From: Octopus vulgaris
Taxonomy: Eukaryota
Assembly (NCBI GenBank): GCA_951406725.2
Contig: OX597819.1
Location: 73,408,001-73,472,000 of the forward strand
DNA length: 64,000 nt
Direction: 5' to 3'
The position numbers and the translations under genes are program-made. Below are positions 26,270 through 40,261 of the stretch, piece by piece; position 1 is the stretch's first letter, and every line of letters starts with the position of its first letter. The notes beneath the pieces were generated by a model. The model saw only the letters and a program-made list of their open reading frames with translations, had not been told where the DNA came from and did no database searches.

Positions 26270-26990
26270 GTTGATAGGGTACTAGTTGATCACATCAACC
26301 CCAGTACTTGACTGGTACTTAATTTATCGACCAGTGTGTAACTGGTACTTATTTCATTGATCCCAAAAGGATGAAAGGCAAAGTCGACCTCAGTGGAATT
26401 TGAACTTGACTCGACAAATAAAGTGAGTTCACAGCTGCATCCTACACCAGTTTCGCATAACCAGCCCCAGCCCATTCAAAAGTACTTTGGATCTTAGGGT
26501 GACCTGCTGTACTTGAGGAGACCTACTGAGTCAAGTACATCAACATCAAAATGAAAATCAAATGGAAATTGTGGTTGTGATACCTGTGCTGGTGGCATAT
26601 TAAAAGTACCACCCAAACGTGGTTGATGCCAGTGCTGCTTTAACTGGCTTCCATGCTGGTGGCACGTAAAAAGCACCAAACGATTGTGGCCATTGCCAGC
26701 CTCCTCTGGCCCTTGTGTCGGTGGCATGTAAAAAGCACCCACTACACTCACGGAGTGGTTAGCGTTAGGAAGGGCATCCATCTGTAGAAACACTGCCAGA
26801 TCAGACTGGAGCCTGATGCAGCATCCTGGCTTCCCAGATCCCGGTCGAACCTTCCAACCCATGCCAGCATGGAAAATGGATGTTAAACGATGATAATGAT
26901 GATGATGAACATAGCGGCAGATGAAATACGGTTAAGCATTTCGCCTGGCGTGCTAACAATTCTGATTCTGGCAGCTCGTTGCCTTAACAC
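26270..26990. mobile_element. Family B SINE (-) split by a nested RTE 3'UTR insertion (+, about 26407-26906)
   Basis: SINE breaks at GAATTTGAACT and resumes at GAACATAGCGGCAGATGAAATAC; the insert ends GTTAAACGATGATAATGATG. Confidence 0.8.
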
Positions 26991-27435
26991 CAGCTTTATA
27001 ATCCTATCTGCTATAGCACAAGGCCTGAAATTTGTGGGGAAGGGTACTAGTTGATCACATCAACCCCAGTACTTGACTGGTACTTAATTTATCAACCCCG
27101 AAAGGATGAAAGGCAAAGCTGACCTCAGCAAAATTTGAACTCAGAATTTAGTAGCAGATGAAATACTGCTAAGCATTTCACCAGGTGTGTTAACGATTCT
27201 GTCAGCTCGCCGATTTAACACCAGCTTAATAATGACAAAGTTATTTCACTAAATTCTTCATTGTTTTCAAAATCAATTGAGACAAAGCCAGAGTATGTCA
27301 GCAGAGATATGGTAATGAGAGAGTTAAAAAGAGAATTTTGTTCAAATTCATAAAAGCTTTTAATCATGCAAAAAAAAACAAATAAACTTTCAGGTGCTTT
27401 TCTACAAATGAAATATAATAATAATTTAAACTTAA

Positions 27436-27654
27436 CCCTATAGCATTTAAACCGGCCATATCCAGCCCAACATTTTCTGTTGGATTGATGTTAAACCTGG
27501 CCAGATCTGCCACCCCACACCTAACCTATAATGTCATTCAAGGCATAAGCAACCTCATCATTAAAATCTCAAAGCTACAAGATAATGCGTGATTAATTCA
27601 AATCAATATGAATGAATATATATTGCATTTGACAGTAATCTGAATGCTAAAGGG
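27436..27654. mobile_element. piggyBac-type MITE with TTAA TSD (second copy 36235-36446)
   Basis: TTAA|CCCTATAGCATT ... AATGCTAAAGGG|TTAA; internal sequence shared with the second copy. Confidence 0.85.
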
Positions 27655-28910
27655 TTAAACACAAAGCTAGCTACTTTAGGGAGACAATAGTGAGTCTCAG
27701 TACTTAACTGGAGCTTTTTCATTGACTCCAGAGAGACAAAAGGCAAAGCTGACATTCATAGGATTTGAACTCAGAATATAAAGAACCAGAACAGATATAC
27801 ACCTCAAGGCATTTTGCTCAAATCTTTAACAATAACAATGCTTTCTACTCTAGGTACAAGGCCCAGAATTTTGGGGAAGGAGCTGGTCAATTATATTGAC
27901 CCCAGTGCATAACTGGTATTTATTTCATTGACCCTGATTGTATGAACAACAAAAGGCACAAGACAAACAGTTTTTAAGGGAAAAGGGTTTCAACAATAAC
28001 ACCAACCCCAGTACTTGACTGGTACTTAATTTTGTTGTTCCCTGATGGACAAGAGGCAAAGGTGACCTACATAAGATTTGAACCTAAGATGTGACAATGT
28101 GGAACAAATATCCTAAGGCAATTTGTATGATACTCTACCAGTTTTACCAAACTATTGCTCTGTCTTTACTTATAAAGAATAATTTGAACATAAGTAAAAA
28201 TAAAAATTTACTTAGCATGTGATGTCATGTGACGTTAAATATAAAAAACAAAACACAAAAATGGCTGCTCACCTTCTGTTCACATTGCTTACAAGTCACG
28301 CTTATGAGACAAATGAGCAAGAAGATTTCCTAAAACTACAGTGGAGAGTGGTTCGTGATGATTTTGTTCTTATTTCAAGTCTATTAAGAACCAAAAAGGA
28401 ACGAACAAAAAAAAAAGAGGCTACATTTAATCCTGAATGTACCAAAAAATTAGGATAAGTTTCACGATTTTGTCTGCTATACTGCTATAGCGTTGTAATG
28501 TAAGGATTGTGAGTAAATGGGGGTGAAGTGCAATTGAATGGCATGCTGTTAGAAATGGTAGATCATCATTATCATCATCATGTCAAAAAAATATCATGTT
28601 TCGAAGTATCATCGGTCACAGGGATGTTTTGAATGTGAAGTAATGAAGTTGACAAATATAAGAGTGACTCATTCAGAGTGAAAACTGTGACAGATGAGAA
28701 AACTAAAGAATAACAAGCTCTATGTGAAAATATCTGTGCACCATATTATGTGGTGAATGTGTGTGCGTGTGTGTTCTTTTACTTGTTTCAATCATTAGCA
28801 CAGCTAGAAGAGTTTGGTCAATTGAATTGACCTCATAATATACTGGTTTCTTTTTTTTTTTTCTCTCCAGTCACTTTTTCTCTTTCAATCTACTCCTTTA
28901 CTTTTTTAAT

Positions 28911-28949
28911 GTTCCTCTGATGAAGGATTACCACCCAAAATGTCAGAAC
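28911..28949 (+). ncRNA. Decayed minimal type-I hammerhead ribozyme (Penelope-type)
   Basis: CTGATGA-AGG...CC-AAAATGTC-AGA; restoring two CpG transitions gives CCGAAACGTC. Confidence 0.45.
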
Positions 28950-29046
28950 CCTTTCCCTTCCTTTTCAGCATAAAGCTAATACAATATTTGCCAAAACTTA
29001 TCCCTCCTGCCTTGTCTTCTTTCATTTTGTGTTCACTACTTTTATT

Positions 29047-29350
29047 ATACGGGTGAGTCAAAAAGTAATGCCATTTTGTTTAGGACAGGTATAATTATCA
29101 ACACAGGAACATGTATCATACATCAAAATGATGCTGGTCCTCTGTGGATAACATCCCTACTTCTCAACATAGTCACCGTTTCTCTCAATAGCAATGTTTC
29201 ACCTTCGAATGAGAGCATGTATCCCTGCTCCATAAAATTCTGTTGATTGTTCTTTGAGCCACTTCTTCACTACAGTTTTTACTTCTTCGTCACTGGAATA
29301 ATGTTTGCCTCTCAAACCCTCTTTCATGAGGCCGAAGAGATGATAGTCCA
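29047..29350 (-). mobile_element. mariner 3' end with TIR
   Basis: DYHLFGLMKEGLRGKHYSSDEEVKTVVKKWLKEQSTEFY..GIHALIRR*..AIERNGDYVEK*; TA-initiated TIR TACGGGTGAGTCAAAAAGTAATGCC. Confidence 0.85.
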
Positions 29351-29848
29351 GTGACGATGATAGTATATACCACACACACACAATGGGTCGCAGTAAAGTG
29401 CAACACAGCAAAAATTAGTCTCAGTGATGGGTTCCACATTCCACTCCATTATCCAGTGTAGTACAACCCAGGACATGAAACTTGGGATAGGCCAGTGTGA
29501 GGAATATGAATCAAATTAATAGAATAAATAATAATAAGCAGAAAATAGGTATTCAAAGCTTTATTGAATTCCACACCTGTTTTCTATGGACACACAGCTA
29601 ATGCTGGATCATGTTTATTTATATAATAGTAGGCTATGGAAAACTCAGCAACAGCTGTTAAAGCCTGTTTGTTCTATCTTGTTTTATAAATTTTTATATG
29701 AATTCTATGAACACTAACAGATTTGTACATGTATATCCAGTAAAATAGATAATCCTGTTATATGATACGATATGATAGCTGATAACAGTAAAGGAGCTTT
29801 GAAATGGACATTATGAAGTTATTACCCAGATGATATTTAATAAATAGT

Positions 29849-29883
<35 letters not shown>

Positions 29884-30039
29884 TGTTGTGGGAAAAGTTT
29901 GTTGGAGGAAAGAGTGTGTGTGGGAAGAGAGGAGACATGAAGATAAAGGACACAAGGACATGTTTTTATGGCCTTGGTTTTACTTAGCTGGACAAGTTTT
30001 CTCAAGCAAATTACCAATTGTCTTCAGACTCAGCATCTG

Positions 30040-30900
30040 AAGACCATTTCTCTCCACTTCATCCCATGTCTTCCCAGGTCTTCCTCTTCCAGAGATATCT
30101 TTCACATTCAGAGATCAGCACTTGTTTCTGCAGCTGTCCTCATCCATATACATCACATGACCATACTAGCAGAGTCTCTTCTCTCTACTACATCTGATGC
30201 CTCTTACACCCAATTTAACGAGCAGGTAGAACCTGCACATTAACACTGCCCATCCAGTGGAGCATACTGGCTTCACTTCTTTCAACCCTTTGCATGTCCT
30301 CTGCAGCCACAAGCCCATACACAGGTTTCGTACAATCTGTCTTTTACTCTGAGGGAGAATTCAATTGTTACCAGTATTGGTTAGAGCTCTCTGAACTTTG
30401 TCCAGCCATTTCTATTCTAGCAACTATGCTTTCAGAGTAACTTCATCTACAGCCCATTTGGTCACCTAGGTAGCAGAAAGTATCTACTACCTGTAAAGAT
30501 CTCCCTAGATATTTGAGGAAGTCTATTTTCCGTACGTTGTTAGTGTTTATTGTACCTGCACATCTACCACATACAAAGACTCTCACTTAACCTAACTCTG
30601 ATTTAACTGCACCTCTTGTGTTCATTGCTTGCACTGAGTACACTGCGTAGAATTCCTACCTACACTTTACTACACATTGAGTAGGGCCATTTCCCTGAAG
30701 GGATTGATAATTTGTCTGCTTTCCTGCTTACTTGTACATTGGTTTTTGCTAAATTAACTCTAAGGCCCTTTGATTCCAAGCATTCTTTCCACACCTGAAA
30801 TTTCTTCTCTAATTCTAGTGCAATTTAGCTATACAAATAAGGTCATTGGCATATAGGAGCTCCCAAGGGCAACCAGTCCTAAATTCCTATATTATGGCCA
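30040..30900 (-). mobile_element. RTE LINE internal/3' RT fragment, decayed
   Basis: GCPWELLYANDL, ESKGLRVNLAKT, decayed PHD region, FCYLGD, GRPGKTWDE. Confidence 0.75.
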
Positions 30901-32977
30901 GTGGGGACTATGGTAAGCAGGAAGGGGCTGATACACTTTATACCCTTTATTTATCATCTCCAAGAGATTTTTATCAGCCAGGATTTTTTTTAACATGGCT
31001 GTTACATATTAGGAATTCTACTTTGATCAACAGACATAAGTAAGTGTTACTTTTCCAACCTAAAGTCATTATTAAAAAAAAATTAAAGTCATCCTGTGTG
31101 ATCGCAGCTTCAAACATTCATCTGCTTCAGATTTACTGAATAACTTAATGGCTGAAGAATATTAATAATTGCCTCACGTGTCCCATATTCCTCCATGTAA
31201 TTCATCCACATCAATATCTTGAAGGTGACACTTCTTGGCTGTATCACAGAATTCTCCAAAAAGTGCAGCAGTTCTTAGCCTATGTTTTCATAAAATATAC
31301 AATTGAAACAGCATTAGATTAAAGTAACCTCCTGTGTTTCATACTCAACATACATTATGTATGTAGTCAATTCATGTTGCATACAATGAGTTTATTTCAG
31401 CCTGGTAAGCTTTATGCAATATCAGTGAATGTATTATTCAGAGGGGACAGAGATTTTACCTAGGTATGTAGCAACTGGGTACACATCATGGACAAGGTCC
31501 CAAAAGGCTGAAACATGTCTGTCATTCTCAGGAGTCACTGTTGAGATGATATTTGTCTTGCTCTCATATATACTGTGTTTTTAACATATCATCTCAATAA
31601 AGAGATTTTCTCTCAGACAAAATCCACAGCATCATGCCTTTTGATAGTGTATATATACATTAGATCTGATACATAAATGGTTATTCTATGTTTTCATGAT
31701 TTATTATGAAAGTTGTTTTCAGCGAAGCCATAGCTGCCACTGAAATACTTTAAGATTCTTTTATAAAAAATAAAAAAAATAAAAAATCTGTTTCTGCCTG
31801 GGACATGCTAAGATTAAGCCGAAAGCAAACAAAAAAAATTGCTTTATTCTTGTTTTGTTTGCTTTTCAGGTCAGCCATTAACAAAAAGCTTGGAATTATG
31901 CTCAATGACTTCATTTCTGGTCATTCAATAATGTCTGACAATTTAAGAGTATGACTGGAATGATGAATAGATATTAGGCAATTCATAGGAATTTTCTTAA
32001 TCTCTAATGTTCTTTGATGCTGTTTCGGGTCACTTGTCCTCACCCAAACACTGAAAGTAACTTTTTAGGATTTCCCAGTAATTTAAATATCCTGTGAATT
32101 ATGAGAGAGTGTGTGGAGAGGTAGAAAGAGAGGAGAGTAAAGAGAGACTGGGTAAAAGAAAGACAGATAGCAATAAGGGAGGGAGAGAGAGAGTTGTCTA
32201 GAAGCAACAGGGCATAACAGAATTACAATTATCAAACACGAATTCACACTTCCTTTTGTTTTCCTTTTTTAGGTGACATGTACTGATTGAATACTTTGTG
32301 TACAATGTCTTCAATACTGTGTTTAGTCACTGCTGATGATTCTCCAAACAAAAGCACAAGTGTTTCCTAGTCATATATAGACAAGGTGGTGAGCTGGCAG
32401 AATATTTAGGAGCATTTTGTCTGTCCTTACGTTCTGAATTAAAATTCTGCCAAGGTTGACTTTGCCTTTCATCCTTTTGGGATCAATGAAATAAGTACCA
32501 GTTATGCACTGAGGTTGAAGTAATCAACTAGCCCCCTCCCCCAAAGTTTCAGGCCTTGTGCCTATGGTAGAAAGGATATATATATATAGTCAGAGATAGA
32601 TATTGACAGACAGACGCATAGAGAGGAAGAAGGAGGGAGAGAGAGAGAGACACACACAGAGACAGGCAGACCAACTCATGTATGTAACATCCTCCTTTGA
32701 CAAAGTTTGGAAACGAACACCCTAGTTAGTTCTCGTCCAGGATATTTATAATCAAAGCTGTTCTATTATTTCAAATCCGTCTTGTGTTCAGTTACAACGT
32801 ATCTAAGACTATATTATTTCAATATGTCCTTCCTTTTCTGTGACAGTAAGATGCAATATGAAGGAGACTTGGCTGCTGTTTCTAAGCACATTGGATAGTC
32901 AAGAACAGTTCCCTGTTCTCTCTTTCTCTATATATGTCAAAGTTGTAGTCATTATTGTTTAACCCAAGTTCAATATT

Positions 32978-33158
32978 CATTTCTACTCTAGGCACAAGGC
33001 CTGAAATTTTGGGGGAGGGGGCCAGTCAATTAGATTGACCCCAGTATGCAAATGGTACTTAATTTATCAACCCCAAAATGATGAAAGGAAAAGTTGACCT
33101 TGGCGGAATTTGAACTCAGAATGTAAAGACAGACAAAATACCCCTAAGCATTTCGCCC
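32978..33158 (-). mobile_element. SINE family B, 5'-truncated by about 30 nt
   Basis: Matches the full copy at 62480-62705 but stops at CATTTCGCCC. Confidence 0.85.
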
Positions 33159-33177
33159 CACTGGAAGAACTTGGGTC

Positions 33178-33867
<690 letters not shown>

Positions 33868-34577
33868 AATCCATGGTATTAAACTGGATCTGGATATAAA
33901 CAAACAACATATTTTGTACATGGATGACCTCGACTGGGTCATTATTGATTTTGATGATAAGTGTTCTGTTGTTCGATCAACTGAATTTCTTTGCTCACTG
34001 AATTAGCATGTATCCACAGAACAGATACATATATCCTTAATATAATTATCAGATAGAATGATAAGGAACTGTTGTGTAATTATCAGATAGAAAAATAAAG
34101 AAACAGAAAAATAGAAGCAGTTGTGTAAGTATTGGATAGAAAAATAAGGAACAGTTGTGTATGTCACATATTTCAAAGCGTTTTGGAGTTCAGGTGGCAG
34201 CTGAGCACCATCCTTAACTATCCATTGTTTATAAAGTAACTGATATCAGCAACTTTAGTAAATGTAACTTTTAGCCATCAATCTATCATTTTCAGATACT
34301 TTTTTTTTTTTGTTTTCTATAGTGTTTGATTAGTTTTGTTGAACAGACATTCTTTTTTGCCTTACACACCATCAGAAATATTCTTACTACTTTTCTTGGA
34401 ATAATTTTGTTTGTATCTTGGCAGGGTCATTATGCACAGGCAGTAGTTCTAGTTTGCTTCTTTATTAATTGTCAACTATTTAGCCAATTAACTAATTGAT
34501 TGTTTGATTAATCGTTCCAAGTAGACCCTGTGTAGACAAGGCATGTCACTGAGGTCACGAATGGCGACAAGAAAACT

Positions 34578-35295
34578 TTCAGGGCTTAACAATTATTTCT
34601 AGGACCTCAATGTAGACAGCAGAGTTAACTGTAAGGCCTTGTAGAAAGAAGTAAGGAGGCATCACATGTCCTTCATTGCTGACAACCCCTAAAACCATGA
34701 CAGTTGCAGGAAATTTTGAAAGGCATAATACTTTGAACTTCAGAAGGGTCTGTACATAACCATCTGTCATTTCTTGTTAACTTTTTGATCTTAGTCAAAG
34801 TTTTTCTCGTTTGAGAAAAACCAAATCAAATCTTCTGCTGGATTTTTCAGTTTGTTTAAGAGCCTTTTAGATCTGATGTAGTGATTTTCTTTTGCTTTTT
34901 CGGACAAATTGACCTTTCCTCATCATATAAGACTTATATCTGATGTCTTCATGGACAACATTTCTCACTGTTCCTTCTGACACATGGAGATCTTTTGCAA
35001 TTGACCTCATGGACTTTCTGGGATTGTAATCAATGGTCTGTTGAACTTGCTGGATAAATTCAAGTGTTCTGATGATTCCAGAGCATTTAGAAGGCTTTTT
35101 ATGCTTTGATACTGGTGATACGTTTCCATCTTCAGTCTCTAGCTCCTTACAAACTTTGTAGACGAAAGATCTGAAAACTTTTAAAAATCAAGATATTTCT
35201 AAATCACTATGTTCAGCCTTTATAACCACAATAACAGCAGGCCTCTTCATTTCTTGAGTAAGCTGAGGGTCTGCAATTATTATTTTCTGAAACAA
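34578..35295 (-). mobile_element. maT-type transposon, second copy (5' two-thirds)
   Basis: KFPATVMVLGVVSNEGHVMPPYFF.QGL.VNSAVYIEVLEIIVKP; homologous to 18663-19790. Confidence 0.85.
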
Positions 35296-35439
35296 AGATT
35301 ATACAGAGTTAGCAAAAAATGCAGCAATGACCCAGAAAAGGTATGTCCTCAAATATCTTATGCATCCTGTGTATATATATATATGCATGTATGTATGCAT
35401 ATGTATGTATTTGTGTGTGTATATGTTTTTTTCTGTGTA

Positions 35440-35477
35440 TCTTTCTGTCGAAGAGCGTAGGCTCGAAACGTAAAAGA
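35440..35477 (+). ncRNA. Minimal type-I hammerhead-like motif with variant core, in a Penelope pLTR-like fragment (about 35425-35570)
   Basis: Stem I TCTTT/AAAGA; core CTGTCGA; stem II GAGC-GTAG-GCTC; GAAAC-GTA. Confidence 0.6.
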
Positions 35478-36544
35478 CTTTTTCTATTCCTGAGCGCTAT
35501 ACTAATACATTTGTTTGTTTGTACTCCACCTGCCTTTGTCTTTTGTTTATTTTCGTAAACTTTCCCTTTATATATATATATATATATATATATAAAGTTG
35601 GAATCTTTGGCTTGTAGAGGGAATATCTAGCAATCAGATCATTATATCTGATGTTGAAATTCGCTAGAGCATTACCTGACACCAAAAAAAATCTGTCCAT
35701 TCAGGCTCCAACATCAATTTCATCTTCTGGCGTGCTTCTTTCTGACCCTAACCATCACTATATGTTCAGTGCACCTTAGCTACTTAGGGAGATGACAGCC
35801 AGCAGCTGGCTCAAGCCAACAACACAAAAGCAATGAACAGATGACAGACAACACCTGACTCAAGCTGACAATACAAAAACAATGAACAGATGGCAAAGGA
35901 GAGACATTACAAGACAGTAGCATGACCAGCAGCTAGTCACAATGAACAAATGGTATCAACAACACAAGCACCAGCTAACATTTTGACTGCTACTACAATC
36001 ACTCCATTCCAAGAATGATATTCAAAGTCTCTGGACATTTTAGTGTTCATAGTAAAGACATTTTTCTTTGCTTACGAAAAGAGTGAATATTTTATCAAAA
36101 ATCTCAACAGATATTCGTGTTGTTTATTGTAACAGGATCATCATTGAAATGTATCTTCACTGTCTTTTCTGTAAATATTTCCATGGACATTGCTTTGAAC
36201 TCTCTTATCTAGTACCCTCTCAAAAGACCTTTAACCCTTTAGCATTTAAACAAGCTACATCAGGCCCAAATATTCTGTTTTATGTTCAAACTGGCCACAT
36301 CCAGCCTTTTACTCTTATCCTACAATGTCATTTCTAAAATAATCACTTCATTGAAATCTTGAACTTACGAGATAATGCAAGATTAATTCAAAATACCAAG
36401 AATAGATAAGCACCATATTTGACAGAACAATCTGAATGATAAAGAATTAAACATGTTACTAGCTTATCTTCCCAGGCACATTGTTTCTCTGTTGCGCTTC
36501 CTGTTAGTCATAAATCATTTTACTGTAATAGTTTCTTTCTTAGA

Positions 36545-39290
36545 ATTACTTAGATTACTTAGATAAGTTTTGGACAAAGTTGGCCCAGGCCATGTCTAAT
36601 TTAATAGCACCACCTGGAAGAGATACACAGTCAGCTCTTGGGAACCATAGCCCATTCAAGCAGAGAGTTATTGTTTCGAGAGACATATCAGGGTTTGTCT
36701 GGTATTTGGTGGAGATAAGTTGATCCCAATAGTCAAGGCTTGTCATATCATCTATTTTTCTTTTGTGATTGATCTCTGGGGAGCTTCAATTTTCATAATA
36801 TTCTGTATCATGTGGGGGGATCACAGTAAACAACAGTATTCAAGGTGAGGGCAAGCAAAAGTAGAGAAAAGTAGGATAATTGCAGGGGTGTCTCTAGACT
36901 GGAAAGTCCTGAGGATCCAGGAGCATGCCCTGCGAGCCATATCAACTTTGTTGTTTATGCGAGCACTTCAGCTTATTTTGTTGTCAATAGTAACACCCAG
37001 GTCTTTATCAGTGCTGGATACCATGAGGGTTTTGCCTGAGGGAAGAGTGTATAGTTGTTGGAATGCAATCTCTTTACCGAAGTGGATTAAGTTGAATTCT
37101 TTCCTGTTTAGCTGCATATTATGTTTCTTCGCCCATTGGATAACAGCTAACAGATCAGATTGAAGATTTGTCTGGTCTTCAACTCTGTCAACAGTCTTCA
37201 GTAACTTAGAGTCATCTGCAAAAATATGCATGCTACTGTGTTTCATGACATCAGTGATGTCGTTAGTATAAATTATGATAAAGAGTGGGCTCAATACAGT
37301 GCCTTGTGGGACTCTACTTATAACTCTGGCTGAGGTCGATCAGACACCATCAATTACCACATGTTGAGCTTTGTTCATCTGTAAACATTTCATCCAAGTT
37401 AACAGTTTCCCTTGGACTCCAATGCCGGACAGTTTCTTTAACAGTGATCAACCCTGTCAAAAGCTTTGCTGAAGTCAAGGTATGACATCTGCATTGGAGC
37501 CCTCTCCCATGGCTTTTAGGATATCACTGAAATGATGCAAAAGCTGTGTTAAGCAATCCCTTCCATTGAGGAAGCCATGTTGGTTGGGAATAGTCAGGCT
37601 GTTAGATTCCAAGAAGTGAGTGACTTGAGATCTCACCACTCTCTCAAATAATTTGAGGTGCGATTGGTGGGTAGTTCATGGCAAGTGATTTTTTTGCCTT
37701 TCTTGAAAACTGGGGTAATCACCTGGGAAAAGAAATTTTCAGGGATATAGCTCGCATCCATTGATTTTCACCAGAGAATAACTAAGAAGAGAGCTAACTG
37801 GAGTTGGCACTCCTTCAGGACTCTAGCAGAGAACCTATCAGGGCCTGCAGCTGAATTGTTCTTTATTTTGCTAATAGCTGCTATGATGTCCAAGGCAACA
37901 AATATGTCAGAAAGGGTGTGCTGTGGGTTTTTACCATATATGTTGGCCAAGTTAACAATACTAGGATTGCTGAGAGCAGAGCAGTATTGTTTCTGTAGAA
38001 TCTCAACCATGTCTTCTACAGTACTATGGAGAATGTTGTCTTTGGCAGTCAGAGGTCTGACAGATGAGATAGTGACCTTATATTTTCTGGTGGTTGAGGA
38101 GAAAACTTTAGGAGTGAGTTTAATTTTCTCAATGGCCCATTTCTAAGTTATTCTTTCATTGACAATGATAGACTTTAGTTTTGGAGATCAAATTTCTTTG
38201 ATTCCAATAGAATTACATCTGACAGATGGGAGTTGTGCAGCTGGCAATATTTTAACTGGTTGATTTTTAAAAATTTATTCTTTTTATTTTTCTTATGAGC
38301 GACATTTTATTTTTGTTAGGCAACCTGCATTTTGTTTTTCCCATGGATCATAGTGGAGTGTGGCATGAACATGTGACAGTATCCACAAATAGCTGCCATG
38401 ATGTGACAATGCTACTTGGAGAGAGAGAATCTGTGAAAGACCAATCAATGAGCGAAAGATTGTGGGTGATTTCCTTCCAGTTAGCCTTGTGGAGATCCAA
38501 GAGGTCAAAAGGTGCGCTGATGTATGATAGTCAGGTTTTTCTCTAGGCTGCCAAAACCTCAGGCTACAAAGAACCATATCGTGGTCTGAGAGAAGAGTTT
38601 TCTCCACTGCAGTATCATGTATAGTGTTTGTATGTCTTACTTAACACTAATTCCAGGGCGTTTTTGTTGAATCTCGTTGGCACAAGCATGAGTTGAGACA
38701 GAATTCGTCCATGAATTTGAACTGTGATTCCACTGCTGCTTTTTCTGGGGTTGAAATGCACACACCTGTTTTCAGCGTATGTGTAGTCCAGTCCAGTCAA
38801 TACACGGGAGATTGAAATCACCCATCATTAAAATGCTACCAGTTTTGCACTGGTTGATGAAAGACTTGGCTTTCTTGGGGCATTCATCAAAGCACAGTAG
38901 TGGCGCTTGGGGTAGCCTGTAGAACCCAATTATCCCTAAGTCGTTTGTTTTATTATGTACGGATACTAATTCACAGTAACAATTGGAGAATGAGATATCC
39001 ATATCTGCAGTAAACGAACTGTGCAGGAAAATGGTAACTCCCCACATTCTTCTGTCAATATGGTCTGCCTGAATGGTGGTAAAATTTTTCACTTTTACTT
39101 TGGCTTCCAGGTAAGAGTTATCAAGGTGAGTCACAGTAAGGATGAAGAAGGGAATGTGCTGTGGGTGGTCAGTAACTCAATCTTCAATGAATTTAATTTT
39201 CCATTGTTTTACCTTGCAGGAAGGACTAAGGCCTTAAGCAAAAGAAGCATATGCTTAGGGCATAAAGTGAGGGGTGGGGCACCACAGAAA
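36545..39290 (-). mobile_element. CR1-group LINE family 2, near-complete ORF2, heavily decayed
   Basis: FYRLP, MMGDFNLP, LLSDH, SAAGPD, DFSKAFDRV, PQGTVLSPLFI, FADDSK; tail repeat ATCTAAGTA. Confidence 0.9.
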
Positions 39291-40037
39291 TGGTAAATGG
39301 TTTACAGTACAAAAGAAATCCTTTTAACTGGTTCAAGTAATATTCCAAATGGTTTATATGATTGGAAAAATAATTTCGAAGAGTTCTTGGTGTCATAGTG
39401 AGGATCTGATCAAAGGCTTTGCAATTAAGAAAAAAGTAGAAAACACTTCAGATATAAATAAAATGGAACTATACAAAAATAAACGTTATCTTCCATCTTA
39501 TTGTTAGTTTTGTTTCATTTTGAAAAATATTTATTTTATGGTTTATTATTGTTTATATTTTGAATTATATATGGGCGCACCAGAATCTTTAAAATGCTTA
39601 AGGCCTTTTATGAGTCTCAATCCGGTCCTGCCATAAGCGTTGTTTCGGGACAAAATCATATTTAAAAAAAAAAAATATCCTATTCCCTTCACTCCTTTTT
39701 TTCAGTTAAAGGAAAACTTGAAATAATCAAGGAGTACATTATTTAGAGATACTCTTCGAACAAAAGCTACTCCTGTCTTATTACTGATATTAATGAACAA
39801 TAATGGCGGTAAGTATCAAGAAGATTCAGTTCAATTGCTTCGGTTTAGGGAGTCTCCTGGAGCCCCATAACAGATTTTTGTAGTTTTTTTTTACTTCGTC
39901 GTTATGTATTTAATTCGTTTATTCAAAGACAAAATTCTTCAGATGTTTCAACTTTCCCTTGGTTAAATGCTGTTTGCTTAACATGGATTTAAAATAAGAT
40001 TTGAATGTACAAAAGAAGAAAAAATATGCATTATATA

Positions 40038-40199
40038 GGCGCAGGAGTGGCTGTGTGGTAAGTAGCTTGCTAACCAACCACATGGTTCCGGGTTCAGTCC
40101 CACTGCGTGGCATCTTGGGCAAGTGTCTTCTGCTATAGCCACGGGCCGACCAATGTCTTGTGAGTGGATTTGGTAGACGGAAACTGAAAGAAGCCTGTC

Positions 40200-40261
<62 letters not shown>

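Noticed and set aside
31870-31948. Possible plus-strand exon SAINKKLGIMLNDFISGHSIMSDNLR after TTTTCAG
   Set aside because: Weak donor, no homology recognised, and acceptor-like tracts are common in this T-rich DNA
34025-34160. CRISPR-like periodic repeats (also 35805-35955 and 1053-1345)
   Set aside because: Degenerate tandem minisatellites without unique spacers or cas genes, in eukaryotic DNA
40038-40110. tRNA gene-like A/B boxes
   Set aside because: SINE heads; no cloverleaf and continuous with the SINE body
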